Source: Eledone cirrhosa (Eukaryota). Taken from it: 64,000 nucleotides of DNA. The notes beneath the pieces are model-generated. The model searched no databases. It was not told the origin of the DNA and was given only the letters and a program-made list of their open reading frames with translations. This document shows positions 1 to 12,887 of this stretch, one piece after another (position 1 is the stretch's first letter; the number at the start of each line of letters is the position of its first letter). Location: NCBI GenBank assembly GCA_964016885.1, contig OZ024742.1:353090001-353154000 (forward strand), read 5' to 3'. Position numbers and translations under genes: made by a program.

Positions 1-692
1 GCCGAGGGGACAACACCTATCGGGAAAATGTTCTTTAGGCTCATTGAAAAACACTTTCCACTACAACACCGCTACCACAACATAATAAACAAAAATACCA
101 TCCAACTCTCCTACAGCACCACACCTAACTTTTCACAAAACAACGTCTCCTCTAACAACAAAAAACTCAACCCCTATGGAAGAAATAACCTAGATAGTAG
201 TGGAGAACCGACCAGGAGGTGAAACTGTCCTGTTGGATCCCTCGACAACAGATGAAGAGATCGTAATATGATCTACCAGTGCAACGTGAGGACGGACACT
301 CCAACACAGCTTATATAGGATTAACCGCGTGTGACTTCAAGACCCGGCTATACCAACAGAGACATACTTTCCGAAACACGGCCCGGCGTCACGCCACTAC
401 ACTTTCGGGCCACATCTGGAACCTTAAAGATAATAATATAACCTACAATCTCACCTGGAGCCTACCTTGCAGAGCCAACTCTTACACGGGAGGACGCCGT
501 CCGTGTAACTTATGCTCGGAGGAAACTTTACAAATGCTCTTTTCCATGGACCAACTCCTAATCAAGAAAGACGAACTGGTAACTGCATGCAAACACAGAT
601 TGCGTAGGACCTACCTCGCCCTCAAACCCCATAATGACCCAGGGGGTAGACAAGGGCTGAAACACCCCACTTGCCGACTTTGTAAGGGGTAG
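1..692 (+). pseudogene. Degenerate PLE thumb/linker plus GIY-YIG endonuclease
   Basis: ORF pieces 28-222 and 279-692 are broken by TGA stops and a frameshift; they are homologous to 40953-41405. Confidence 0.88.
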
Positions 693-1158
693 CCCCTTCT
701 TACAAAGTTAGACGTAACTTCCTTTATTATTATTTTTTTATATAATCTTTTTTATATATTTGTTATTGTTTCCTCTATATTTCCTTCTTCCCCTCATCCC
801 TTCGTAGTCCTAACACCACAGATCTCCTTCTTTGGTGTCTTTCTTTTCACCTTCTCGCCCACCCCGATGTAGCCCTTCGGTTCTCTGTAGCCTCAATACC
901 CCCACCCCCCTTATTTTATTATAGAATTTGCTGATTGCGCTTTTTAAAGCAGATGTGCTAGACCCGAGATAATTGCGCTCTTCTCTGGTTGCTGCCCCAT
1001 TTCCGTGATTTCTAGATTTCTAAGTGGTATTTCTGCTTTAGTTTCTTGTATATCAGTATTTATTTTGGGGGGAATCTGAATTAATATTTCGTATTAATTT
1101 TTCATATATAGTGTACGATATTTATGTAGATTGTATTATAAGTTATGTATTGTAGCAG

Positions 1159-1195
<37 letters not shown>

Positions 1196-2033
1196 ATTAG
1201 TCTTTTATATATATTGTATGAGTATTTATGTAGATTGTATTAGAATTTATGTATTGTAGCAGTACTTATATATATTGTATTAGTATTCACGTTTCGGGAG
1301 TCTGAATTAATATTTCGTATTAGTTTCCGGATTCTGAATTAATATTTCGTATCAGTTTTTTTTTAGTGTGTTGGCCCTCAACTTTTTGACCTGTCATTGT
1401 AAGAGAGCATTGGCCGATTACTAACTATTGTAGTGATGGTAGAGCCCCTGTAATGATGGCCTCATAAAATTATTTCACTAAAATCTCGTATTTAGTATTA
1501 CTTCCCACTTATTAAACTCTTCTATAGCTTAGCAGTACCAGTGAGATATTTTATTATTGTGGAAGGGGACTAGTAACCAGAAATGTTTTAAATATATTTT
1601 TTTATAATTTTTATATATTTACTCCTCTTTAGATTTACTTATTGTTTCAACTCCCCCCTCCCCTTCTCTAGTATACTTGTTCGACCTTCTATACACTATC
1701 CTTGGAATCTGCTTTAGTTATCACTTTCAATGCTTGACTGAGTTTCCTACACTCCCTCTCCCTCTTTCTTCTACTGGCAAGTTCATCTACCTCTACCTTC
1801 CACAAAATGCCATGATAGATTTATATGTCTTAATAACAAACTTTGACCAATCCTTGTGACAATCGCTTTTACCATGTATGGAATTACCCCCTGAGAAGTT
1901 CGGCTATTCATTTTCATTTAGTCCAGAATTAGCCGTCGGGTCCTACTTCTTCCTATTACCCAGTCTACTACACTAAGTATTGAGTACTTTGGTGCGTTAT
2001 GGTCCATCTGGTTCCTTACCACATTTGCTTCGT

Positions 2034-2035
<2 letters not shown>
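1..2035 (+). mobile_element. Penelope-like element, family A (Hydra-type), 3' part plus 3' pseudo-LTR; runs off the window start
   Basis: Translates to IFFRLIEKHFP..YSTTPN, IYQCNV..AYIGLTACDFKTR..CNLC..LINKKDEL (GIY-YIG). The 3' UTR aligns with copies at 21037-23791 and 39592-44187 and ends at (TA)n. The HHR has lost its GAAA/stem III by a deletion between the two agccgtc repeats (~1935). Confidence 0.92.
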
Positions 2036-2091
<56 letters not shown>

Positions 2092-2774
2092 TAATCAATA
2101 TATTTCAAATACAAATAAAAATATGTTTTCCATCAAAATGAGTTTGTTTTGAGATCTCAGGTATTACAGTTTATCTGATATCTCCCTCATGAATATCCGT
2201 GGACAGTTCAGTAAATATTAGATCATGCGACACATTAATTATTGACGTTTATGATATTTGGCGTTTGATCCATCAAAATGAATCCCATTGTTATGAGGTA
2301 ATATACATTACAGTTACTAAATATAACAATCAAGTTATGTAAACGATATGTTATAAAATCATTATTAAGCTTTATCAATTATTGCCTTTGAATAGGTTAT
2401 TGTTGCACGTAAATTATTCGTTGACGTTCAGGCATATGTTCTGTTACATGGGAAGTCACATGTTAGAGTGTCTGTTCGAATTAGAAAAAACGTATATCAA
2501 TTCATAGATTTATTTCATAGAATGTAAGGAAGTAGAACGGCACAGAACGACATACATTATTTTTGTGCATACATTATGTGTTTTTTTTGACAACATGACC
2601 CCACGAGACTGACGCCTATTAGTTACATGGCTTTACGATCCGTATCCGACGTATGACCCTTTTTTATGATGAGGATTGAAAGTGAGAATGACAGCTTAAC
2701 ATATACAGGTGCAGTATGTAAGCTTCACCCGTCCTTCTCGTTAATTGTGGTCATCCGAACAAGAATATCACTGT

Positions 2775-3125
2775 ATATACTGCACGAGAATGCTGAGGAT
2801 GGCTCTAAACTGTAATCACTATACACTGAGGAGGAAGAACTCAGAGCTGTACGGGAGCCTCCCAAACGTCAGCCCGAGAGTAGCACAGATGAGACTGAGG
2901 TTAGCTGGACATGCTCACCGACATCCAGAATTGACACTGCACCGAGTGCTACTGTGGGAGACCCTGCATGGATACACTAGAAGGGGAAGAGCGAGGTTAA
3001 CATATGTTGATGCCCTAAGGATATGCACTGGTGTCTTGGAGACGCAGGACATGGCAGCGATAATGAGGGACAGAGACCGCTAGAGAGAACTCGTTCATAG
3101 ATCTCGGGAATTTTACCCACCCTAG
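2775..3125 (+). mobile_element. RTE-type LINE, 3' fragment
   Basis: RMLRMALN..LYGSLP..RLRLAGHAHRHPEL..VLLWE..GYTRRGRARLTYVD is a typical RTE ORF C-terminus. A second copy lies at 28525-28683. Confidence 0.8.
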
Positions 3126-3429
3126 AGAGATATACTTTTAGAAATGGGCCCTCAAAAGTATCCATTTGGTGTAGGGTTTCCTATTGTTTTAAATTTCTGT
3201 AAACGTGACTTGCATGACATGTGTGGTGTAATTCTTATGTATCGTCTAGGTAGCATTGGTGTTGTATATTTATTTAATATATTGTTTGTGATAAGTTAAC
3301 ATTTCGTCTTTTCTGTTTTTGTATGAGTAATTTGAACAGTTGTTTGTGGTGGTGCGGATTTGATGTAATTACTGTTGTGAAACGGGGAGTATGGTGTGAT
3401 CTTGACACAGTGTTAGTGTCTGTGATACC

Positions 3430-3790
3430 TGTGATGGTGATGATGGTGGTGGTGCCAGTGTTGGTGATGATGCTGATGGTGATGATGATGTAGGTGTTTC
3501 TGGTGATTATGCTGGTGGTGGTGATGATGGAGGTGTTGTTGCTGATGGTGTGGGTGTGTATGTGGGGGGGGGGGGTAACAGTGTTGGTGGTGAAGGCGAT
3601 GGCAGTGTTAGTGGTGATGGTGATGATGATGGTGATGGCAGTGTTAGTGTTGATGGTGATGGTGATGGCAATGTTAGGGGTAATGGTGATATGGTGGTGA
3701 TGTTAGTGTTGGTGGTGATGATGACGATGACAGTGTTGGTGGTGATGATGATGATGGTGGTGATGACAGTATTGTTGGTGATTATGACAA
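3430..3790. repeat. Degenerate (GAT/GGT)n trinucleotide repeat
   Basis: Direct inspection. Confidence 0.9.
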
Positions 3791-3849
3791 TGGAGGAAAA
3801 ATATGAAGTTAGAGGAATGAAATCGTCGGTTTTCCAGAAATGTAGTGCT

Positions 3850-4155
3850 TCCTCAGTTGGTATGCGAAGCCTAAACGCCGATATAATAAAGCAAGTTGAC
3901 GACTTCAAATACCTGGGTAGCTATATCGCCTTCACAGAACATGATGTTAACATCAGACTGGGAAAAAGCCTGGGAAGCATTGAATGCAATGGAAAAAATA
4001 TGGAAATCAAACCTGAAGGCCAAACTGAAAAGGAATTTCTTCAGAGCTGCTGTGGAATCTGTGCTTGTTTATGGCTATATCACTTGGACGCTGACATCGA
4101 AACTGGAGAACAAGCTAGACGGGGCAGACACACATGTGCTCCGTGCTGGTTTAAA
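3850..4155 (+). mobile_element. RTE-type LINE, RT C-terminal fragment (frameshifted)
   Basis: KQVDDFKYLGSYI..DVNIRLGK / AWEALNAMEKIWKSNL..LKRNFFRAAVESVLVYG.TWTLT..LENKLDG. Confidence 0.85.
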
Positions 4156-4189
4156 CGTGATAATACAGAGCCAGATAATTGCAGCTGAA

Positions 4190-4795
4190 TATCAGACAAT
4201 TTGCAGGAATAATATCAGAAAAGAAGTGTATAAAGAAGAGCTGTCTCCTCTGTCTCGATTGGGTGGCGGTGTATTTGAAACAGTGGCACACATCTTCTCT
4301 GAGTGTCAGAAAATTGCTCAAAATGAGTATTAGGTGAGATACGATAATTTGGACAACGTATTCCACTGGAACCTATGTGTGAGAAGAGATTATTTGGCAA
4401 GACATACAAATGTTACATGCACCAAATGGAGTTGTAACACTGCAGAATATTATGGGATTGGCCCATATAAAGCGATAAACGGCTAGATCATAACAGACTA
4501 GATAGCGTTGTAATTGTTAAGATATATAAAAACGTCAGTTGATAGTTCCAGCTTGTCCAATTGGTACTTGAATAGAAGGAAAAAATGAAGAAATGTGCAT
4601 AAATTACGGTCCCTTGGACAAAGAAATTCTATGATTGTTGAACAGAAACAAGATGCAAGTCATTCCAATAGTTGTTGTTTTATGGACAACCAAACGAAAT
4701 TTAGGTGGATTGATAAAAAAACTGAATTTTACAGTAGAAATATTACAGAAACAATGTTTGCTTCGAACGAATTGGGTAATACGAATGGTGTTTGA
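4190..4795 (+). mobile_element. R4/Dong-like non-LTR fragment (CCHC knuckle plus restriction-like endonuclease), degenerate
   Basis: RLGGGVFETVAHIFSECQKIAQNEY..RYD..FHWNLC, followed by ILWDWPI..DKRLDHNRLD..VV (a decayed PD..D motif). Confidence 0.65.
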
Positions 4796-4911
4796 TACAA
4801 ACCGAATGTAAGAACACGTCGTCATAATGTCTGACACCACTGGATGTAGTTCACTATATTGATTAAAACAAGAATTAAGGTCAATCTCGAGGGAGGATAT
4901 GAAAATAATAA

Positions 4912-5126
4912 TGGTTTCTTATATAGGCACAAGACCGGCAATTTTGGGTGAGCGAAAGTCGATTAAATCGATTCACGTGCGTGACTGGTACTTCATTTTA
5001 ACCACTCTGTAAGGATGAAAGGCAAATTTAGCCTCGGCGGAATTTGAACTCAGAACATAAAGGGCCGTAACTCTATACTGCAACGCATGGCGTCCGACCC
5101 TCAACCGATACTGCCATTCCACCGCC
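4912..5126 (-). mobile_element. tRNA-derived SINE (octopod type)
   Basis: A box TGGCAGTATCGG, B box GAGTTCAAATTC and core ..tttgcctttcatccttac.. on the minus strand. Confidence 0.9.
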
Positions 5127-5150
5127 TTTGGACATGAAAATAATAATACT

Positions 5151-5367
5151 AATGATTTCTACTACATACACAAGGCCAGCAATTGTAACGGTGTGGTGGG
5201 GGAGGGGAGTCTATCAAATAGACCACATGGCATTACAGGCGCTTTATTTTATCGACCCCGTTGGCATGAAAGGGAGAGCTAATTTCGGTAAGATTTGAAC
5301 TCAGAACTTAAAGGGCCGTAACTATATAACACAGAACCTGTGGTTGGACGCTCTACTGATACTACCA
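5151..5367 (-). mobile_element. tRNA-derived SINE, diverged copy
   Basis: Same core and B box as the neighbouring copies. Confidence 0.85.
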
Positions 5368-5374
5368 TGATAAT

Positions 5375-5563
5375 AATTGTTTCTACTTTTGGCACAAGGC
5401 CAGCAATTACCCAGTACATTACTGGTACTTTATTTTATCAACCCCGTAAGGATGAAAGGTAAAGTTACCCTCGGCGGGATTTCAACTCAGAATGACAAGG
5501 ACCGTAAGTCTATACGTCAAAGCATGGCGTCCGACCCTCTACCGATACTGCCAATCCACCGCC
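5375..5563 (-). mobile_element. tRNA-derived SINE
   Basis: Reverse complement closely matches 32747-32930. Confidence 0.9.
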
Positions 5564-7199
5564 ATACTATCATGATAATAATAATAATTCAAAATGGATA
5601 ACATTGATTAAACAATTTCTTAAACGTGGGTCGTTTGTATCCCCTGTGTATTTTTCTTGTATAATATTACCAATTACCAATTACCAAATAATCATGCGAT
5701 GATATTAATTAAAACTACTTACATTCGGAAACGCATCTTATTATAATTAGATTCAACTGTAATCAAATAATGTTTCAGAAAAAATATTCGCACTGAGTCT
5801 GATCCGAATAAAACCATTGCATTAATTACATCATTTTCAATAGAAATATTTCTTAGATGCTTCGTCTGTAGGAAATTAAAGGAAAGCAATAAAAAAGAAA
5901 ATAATTTTGCAAGTTTAGACGTGTATTACATTTATTTCACATTGCACGACGTTTCGTTTAATGATTAAAATAATTAAAATATTGCAATTAAAATCATTTA
6001 ATTTATATATGTTTTCGTTGTTGTTTGTCATTATTTAATTATTGTTATTGTTCTAACAAACGTTATCTTACGAGAGAATATTAATATGGAATTATATTTC
6101 TGCACTTACTGATTTTCATTTTGATTAACCTACTCAATATCTCTCGACAGATTTCATTACATATTTTAATATTCAGCTCAGGAGGATATAAGAATATAAA
6201 ACAATTAACGAACATGCCACTCAATTCTACTAGTGGGTTATACATGTTACATACGTCATTGGCTATACATTAACCGGCTTTAGTTATATGCTTTTGCGCA
6301 GATGTCGATGAAACTAACGAAATTTATGTGCGATGATGCATGGAAAGAAAGAGCTGTCGAGCAAACACGTATGCTCAATGATTTCTTCATTAATTGTGTT
6401 TTGTTAGAATACAGTTTGGCGGGCAAATATCAACATCTTAATGTTCATCTTGAAATACATGTAATTAAAATTATTAAAATCAAGGATAATTTTCTTCCTA
6501 ACTTGTCAGTTGTTAACAATTTTGTGTTAGGTTTCGATACAAAATTTTCCCTCATCACTCTCAATATTAACCTCATCAAAGGCATCCCAATCTTCACCAT
6601 CATCACGATCAATACAACACCTACTATCACCATCATGAATTGTATACCCCCCCCCCCCACACCACACCACACACAGACTATCACAGTATATCTCACACCT
6701 CCTTCGTCTCCTTGCACATTACGATAAATACAAAACAACCGCAATGCTATATACAGGAATTTGCACTATTAAAATGTTGCGGATTCTGATGATGTCTGCA
6801 AACTATTTCTTAGAAGAACGGGAAGATATTCTGATACTAAGAGCTATATATATATAAGCACCCTCGCATGTACTCTTAAATCTTCTTATTACACTGGAGG
6901 TATTAATTGTATACATATAACGCATAACGCCCTCAATTCGAATGGCACACATTGAGCCAAGCAACACTTTTTTTATAAGAATAGATGAGATGTGCTCGCT
7001 TGCCAAAACACTAATCCTCATTCTAAGTCTCAATGCATCACAGTTCATTTTAAAATGAAATTATTACTACGTACAGCGTATGATACATGTTATATATGAC
7101 TCATTAATCCTACCATTTTGAATAAAGACAAACTATTACTTTAGGAATAGGGTCATTGTCTTTCTAACGTAAAGTATACAACCAAATTGTATTTATTTT

Positions 7200-7560
7200 A
7201 GAACTGAGGCACAAAGTCTTTTTGGTATAACCTTATTCCATAAAGTGCTTAATTTGGAGATCAGATTATCACACCAGGTAGAGCCAAAACTTCTCTGAAT
7301 TGAGAGATCTCATCTCCGATACTATGGGCATGTGGTTAGAATATCTCAGGAGAGAATGAGTTGGCAGATTTTACGGGAAGAACGAATCAGCAGGACACCT
7401 AGGAGTAGAACCCGATCACGATAATGGGATAACATCCATGCGCTTGGAGGTCCTGCCGGATAATTTAGAGATGGTTACTTCTAAGAGAACCCGCTAAAGG
7501 GTGTGTTTGAAAGCACCTGACCGCAACCTTGTCAATAATATGCTGGCGAAGAAAAGTAAG
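7200..7560 (+). mobile_element. Old LINE (RTE-like) 3' fragment
   Basis: LRYYGHVVRISQERMSWQIL...RTPRSRTRSR*WDN resembles the LxWxGHVxR...RxRGRPRxRWxD tail. Confidence 0.55.
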
Positions 7561-8624
7561 AATAAGTGATGTCCCAGCATTAATTCCTCTATGCTATATA
7601 TGATAAAAGAACGTGTTTACCATCGTGAGCCAAATTAGTTTGTTGGTCGAAAATAAAGGACCTACAAACATAAAATGCCATTATTAAATTTTATATTTTA
7701 TCAATTGTAATTTACTTCCTCCGACTAAGTGAATATTAGGAATCACTAAATGAATAAATTGCTTGTATGCATATTACATATTCCGTAAGATTAATTGTGA
7801 AGATAAAAGAAACATATTATTGATTTGCCATCATGTGTGTTCCAGTTCTTTTCAAATTTATTTTACTGTAACTTTAAAGTCGGATGTTATGTTAAGGACT
7901 CTTACGTCAAATTATGAAAATAATTGTGAAACATGTATATCTGATCGTCTGACAAGTGAATATAAAACGTTTAATATTTTACAGATTTCTAAATTGTGTG
8001 GCCCGTCTACGGGTTTCTATAAAAGTGCAACATAGGTATAATAAAGTCCTATGCATAATTGTATATAAAACAAAATCCCCCATTGATATATTGATATTTT
8101 ATTCGGTCAGTCACGTAAGCTAATATCAAAGCTAAAATGTAGACGGGCCATATATTAGGGTTGCCTTATTTTATTTAAAAACATCATGCAACTTATCTTC
8201 ATATCCTAGTAACTATTACTTACACCTATACCATTTTACAAAATTAAAACTGACAGACAACTATAACAATCAAATATGCTGCAACCGTAGTCGTAAAACA
8301 TATATTGTTTTTATGTCGATTTAAGAGCTTCAACATTACCAAAGTCTGCAGAGTTTAAAACAATAATTGTCTTTGAGAAATATACTAAAAAGGTAGAAAG
8401 TAAAGTAGTTACATATATAAAACTAGACGGAAGGACATATTGACAATTTCAATACCACTAAATTATAGTGTTTCGTTTATTGTAGGTTTATCTTCGAGAG
8501 TTCTATTGGTTAAAGAAATGTATTTTTGGTTTGGTAAGAAAATCGAATCTAAAGGAACATCCCTCTAAAGAAGGGAACATATGTATTCCTTCAATATAAT
8601 TTAATTACGAAACATTCATTATCA

Positions 8625-8785
8625 CGACCATCATCATCATCATCATTACCATCATCATACTCAGCAGCGGCAGCAGCAATAGCAACAGCAATAGCAGTAG
8701 CAGTAGCACCAACAGCAGTAGTAGTAGTAGTAGTATGTGTTGCTGTTGTAGCAGCAACAGTAGTAGTAGTAGTAGTAGTAGTAGC
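8625..8785. repeat. Compound (CAT)n/(AGC)n/(AGT)n microsatellite
   Basis: Direct inspection. Confidence 0.9.
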
Positions 8786-9087
8786 GATGTCGTTTGTTAC
8801 ATTAAACAAGTAATGTTGATTTAGTTGCAATTTGCATTTCGTGGTGCAACAAATGTGAAATATTACACCAATATACACATCGAATCTGTCTAACTGAATG
8901 CTAGCAAGGTAGTTTCTAGACATTTGTTAGAATCCAGATGTTAATGTAATCATGAATGCCGTATTTTTCACAAGGTTTATACATAACGAAATATCTTATT
9001 AATATTACTTAGATTAATCCTTCAAATATAAAGTATCCGTGAGTACTTTTTTGCATTGGAATCGGGAGGAAATATATGCGGTAACTA

Positions 9088-9305
9088 ATGGTTTCTTATT
9101 TAGGAACAATGCTAGCAATTCTTGGGGAGGGGAAAGTCGATTAAATCGACCCCAGTTCGTGACTGGTACTTTATTTTATCGACCGCGTAAGGATGAAAGG
9201 TAAAGTTAACCTCAGCGGTATTTGAACTCAGATCATAAAGCGTCGTAACTCTATGCTGCAAAGCATGGTGTTCGACATTCTACCGATACTACCAATCCAC
9301 CGCCC
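9088..9305 (-). mobile_element. tRNA-derived SINE with 13-bp target-site duplication
   Basis: SINE core flanked by atatatgcggtaa at 9072-9084 and 9307-9319. Confidence 0.9.
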
Positions 9306-10581
9306 TATATATGCGGTAAGTAACAACATATAGTCATTCAATTATTGTTGCTGCTAACACATACGTATGTATTTATGGCAACCATGATATTTGCAAGAGT
9401 GTTAGCTTTGTTGCACATTTAAAATCACCATGAATATTATTTACATATGTCGGAACATTAAATAGATGGACGTCAATATGCCACCATATCCCTGGTAACA
9501 CCACTTCGTAAGCCCATTAGGAATGATGCTGTAGAAAAACATTTACTATGGTTTTCCGTATTCTAGAAATAGAAAGTGTTGTTTTGCATTTGTTTCTGAA
9601 ATTACTTTGTGGAGATAATCGTATGAACTTGTCCAAACTATATCCACGGGTCATTCATCACCAACTATAGTTCATTCGGATAGTAAATATAAGAAAACAT
9701 GTTTAATAGAGTAAATGTATTAATATTAATATCAACATATATTACTTGTTATACGACAGTTTATTTATGTTCTTATATTCCAAAACAGCAGGACATGTTT
9801 TCGCGGAGCGCAAGTGTAGAGGAAGGAATCTGAACAAATTTTCCTGATAACAAGTACATCATGTGAAGATATTTTATGAGTTGCAATTCCGGTATTATAC
9901 CTTTACAACTAAATATAGATGCTGTAAATTAATTTATATATAGTAATACCGAATGAACTTGCTATGTTTTGTAATACACCGATGGTCACTTAGATATTTA
10001 CTCATGCATAGCAAGAAGCAAATAATTTCCGAAGAATGAAATTTCATTATGCCAGTTATTAGACCCGATATCAGCTGCACTAAACCTAAATCCCATTTAC
10101 ATATGAATGGCATGAATAAACAAATTAAATACGTCTTTAATATATTTGAAAGAAAAGTAATTTAGTTCCGCTGATGAGATTGCCGCTTTGATGGAAATAA
10201 ATAACAACGAAACTAATTAGTATTATTTCGATCAGATGATACTTTAATAATTAAACGACTCTTCTGTTGTTTACTCAGCGTTGGCAGTTACAATTCTAGT
10301 TTCATTTAATATGAAGAGTTCATCTCAGGAATAGAAAAGTGGATAGAAAATGTCATATAAAACTATTTAATATAAAACCACAAAATATACTTCGATCAAT
10401 TACATCTATTTATGAGATAAGATTTATTGCGTATCAATCATTTAAATATTTTTCAAATATATTTCTGGCATAAGGTTTTTCGTTATTAGTTGGAAATTAT
10501 CAAGACATTTAAAAGTGATATATATTAAGTCATACTTGCTTCTCCTCTCCAGGTCTCCGACTCGGCGATTGACATGGCCAT

Positions 10582-10645
<64 letters not shown>

Positions 10646-10646
10646 T

Positions 10647-11285
10647 CAACTAGAAATTGATTGACATATATATATATATATATTTAAAATAAACACATAA
10701 AACAATCACAGAGCATAATTTGTAGAGTGTGTAATCACACACAGCTAGGTAGGTAACTAATTAAAGTTTAACTAGATCTTCAATATTACCTTTTAAAACA
10801 TGATTAATCCTCCTTGTATATATTTCATTAAAGAAATATTTTTCACTAAAATCCGTAAATTCACAGTAATTAAATCTTAGATTATCAGCAAGGAAGAGAA
10901 ATAACTGTCTGTGTTTACGCATTAAATGCAAACCTGCGAGTGACACGTCGCACGTGCTGCAATTCTAAAACTACTAACAACATTCTAGCTATTCATGTGT
11001 TTATTTTTAAACATATATATATATATATATATGTCAAACAATTTCTAGTTGATATAAAATGCTCGGATCTATTCATTTGAAATTTTGAGCTTATTCTTCA
11101 GTGGATATGCCGCATGTCTCGGAGATTAATCCTTCAATTGAATTTAATTACATTTATTTCGGATATATAAACGGCCCTTATCTTTAGAGCTAAATCAGTT
11201 GAAAGGACTTGGCTGCTGTTTATAGCTGTCGACCACCCTGTTCCCGACAATGGGAGGACGCTGACATGTTGTTGTTAGTTTTAGA

Positions 11286-11290
<5 letters not shown>
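10647..11290 (-). mobile_element. Non-coding fold-back insertion in (TA)n, family J (probable pLTR remnant)
   Basis: 10647-10698 is inverted at ~10995-11056. The minus strand has CTGAAGA..GAAA. A related sequence lies at 13950-14043. Confidence 0.5.
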
Positions 11291-11359
<69 letters not shown>

Positions 11360-11914
11360 TTATGTATATGCACATCTCGTGTATATGTTTATTTTTAAGT
11401 TGTTTTTATTCCCCCACCCCGCACACACTCATACTTATCGTTGTCAACACGTATCCTTTTGTCTTTATTTTGTTTTCGACTTTGTATTTTTTGTTCTTCT
11501 CCATTTATTTATTTATTCTTATTACTTCATTTATGTGTATGTATTTATGTCCCTGTCAGTAGACGCATATACGCTTATGTTAAAAAGTATACGTCTACGT
11601 ACTTTTAAAGTACATGTTCGTGGTTGAGTGTGTATATGTTTATGTTCTGTATATGTATTGTTAATATATATATATATATATTTATATTCTGTTTCCCCTC
11701 TTCTTCTTCGCCTGTTTTTTTTTTCTCAGCCTCACTTTCATATTTCTTAAATTTTGTTTTCAAATCCATATTTAATATAAACACCATGCTTTATATTCAT
11801 TCTGACCACTGAAAACAGATACAATATCTGCTTTCAAGAAACCACTGATAAATGAAATAATTATGTTATGTTGTTTATTACATAACTAAATATATATATT
11901 TATATATATATATA

Positions 11915-12185
11915 TCTTTCCTTCTCTATCTTTCTATTTATCCGTAACCCAACGGCTTATTTAAAAAATATCTAATACTAATAATTAACGGTATAACTGC
12001 ACTATCCGGGAGCTTCCAACAGTAATGGGTGCATTATTTAAGGGTATGTCAATATTTATTCATAAAACTGATCTATATTATATTTTATCTAATGAAAGCA
12101 CACCATAATTTAACGTGGTGTCCTTGAAATATGTATAATGAAATAAATATGGTTTTATAAATATAGTATCCATTTCTTAATATCG
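11915..12185 (+). mobile_element. Solo 3' pLTR fragment related to family G, with decayed HHR (12081-12145)
   Basis: tttat-CTAATGA-aag.acacca/tggtgt.ctt-GAAA-tatgta-TA-atgaa, followed by the aaatatggttttataaatatagt tail shared with 47217-47245. Flanked by (TA)n. Confidence 0.7.
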
Positions 12186-12216
<31 letters not shown>

Positions 12217-12407
12217 GGTTATGCACGAGTGCATTAAGGTTTTCCAGGACACAGTGTTATGTACCGTGTAGGGGAAGGTCTGCTTACAACAGAGTGGTGC
12301 TCAACGAAATGCAGAAAATAGGTGTATATTCCAGTTTAGCTATACTCCGGGGCGTGTATAAAGAATCAAAAAGAACAGAAAGATGCAGTAAAAGAGATTT
12401 ATTCGGT

Positions 12408-12503
12408 TCTAACGTACGTTTCAATAGACATCAATTTGCCTAGATCTCGCTGTTAGTAGAGCATTCGACATCCAATGCACAATCGATTCCATATCATCAG
12501 AGA
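12408..12503 (-). ncRNA. Hammerhead ribozyme (type I, long stem II)
   Basis: tct-CTGATGA-tATGGAATCGATT...AATTGATgTCTATt-GAAA-CGTACG-TT-aga. Palindromic stem III ACGTACGT; sense to the ORF. Confidence 0.8.
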
Positions 12504-12887
12504 TTATGTTTACCGTACCAGAATATTCAGGTTTTTATAGAAATTCATGTGAAGTTGAAGTAAAGAAGAAGGGGGATGTGACAAAGACGAGAGAGATAGG
12601 GGGGGGGGTCATGGTTGTTGAGGTAAAACAAACGGGGAGGATAAAATACGATAATGAAGTCTAGATATGGACTAGTCCAACTGTGTGTGTGCTAGGGAGA
12701 TGGTAGACGTTGATAGGTTTATGATCTATGATAGATGGAGGCAGGGCAGATTAAGCCGAGTGAGTTGTAAAGTATGTAGGAGGAGATGTTGAATAGGGGA
12801 GATGTGGTCAATAGAAGGCATAGCAATAATCCATGTGGACAGATAGAGGAGGTAGAAGGAAGGTAGAGGAAAGCATAAGTCGCAGGA

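Noticed and set aside
3550-4188. 212-aa ORF as a host gene
   Set aside because: It is a trinucleotide repeat fused to an RTE RT fragment.
6786-6830. CTGATGA motif
   Set aside because: No stem II, GAAA or stem III arrangement follows.
10165-10230. CTGATGA...GAAA-ctaattag-TA
   Set aside because: Stem III resembles 55174-55187, but stems I and II do not pair convincingly and there is no element context.
11035-11105. Family J hammerhead call
   Set aside because: CTGAAGA and GAAA are present, but stem II is not adjacent to GAAA and the UH site does not fit, so I left it uncalled as ncRNA.
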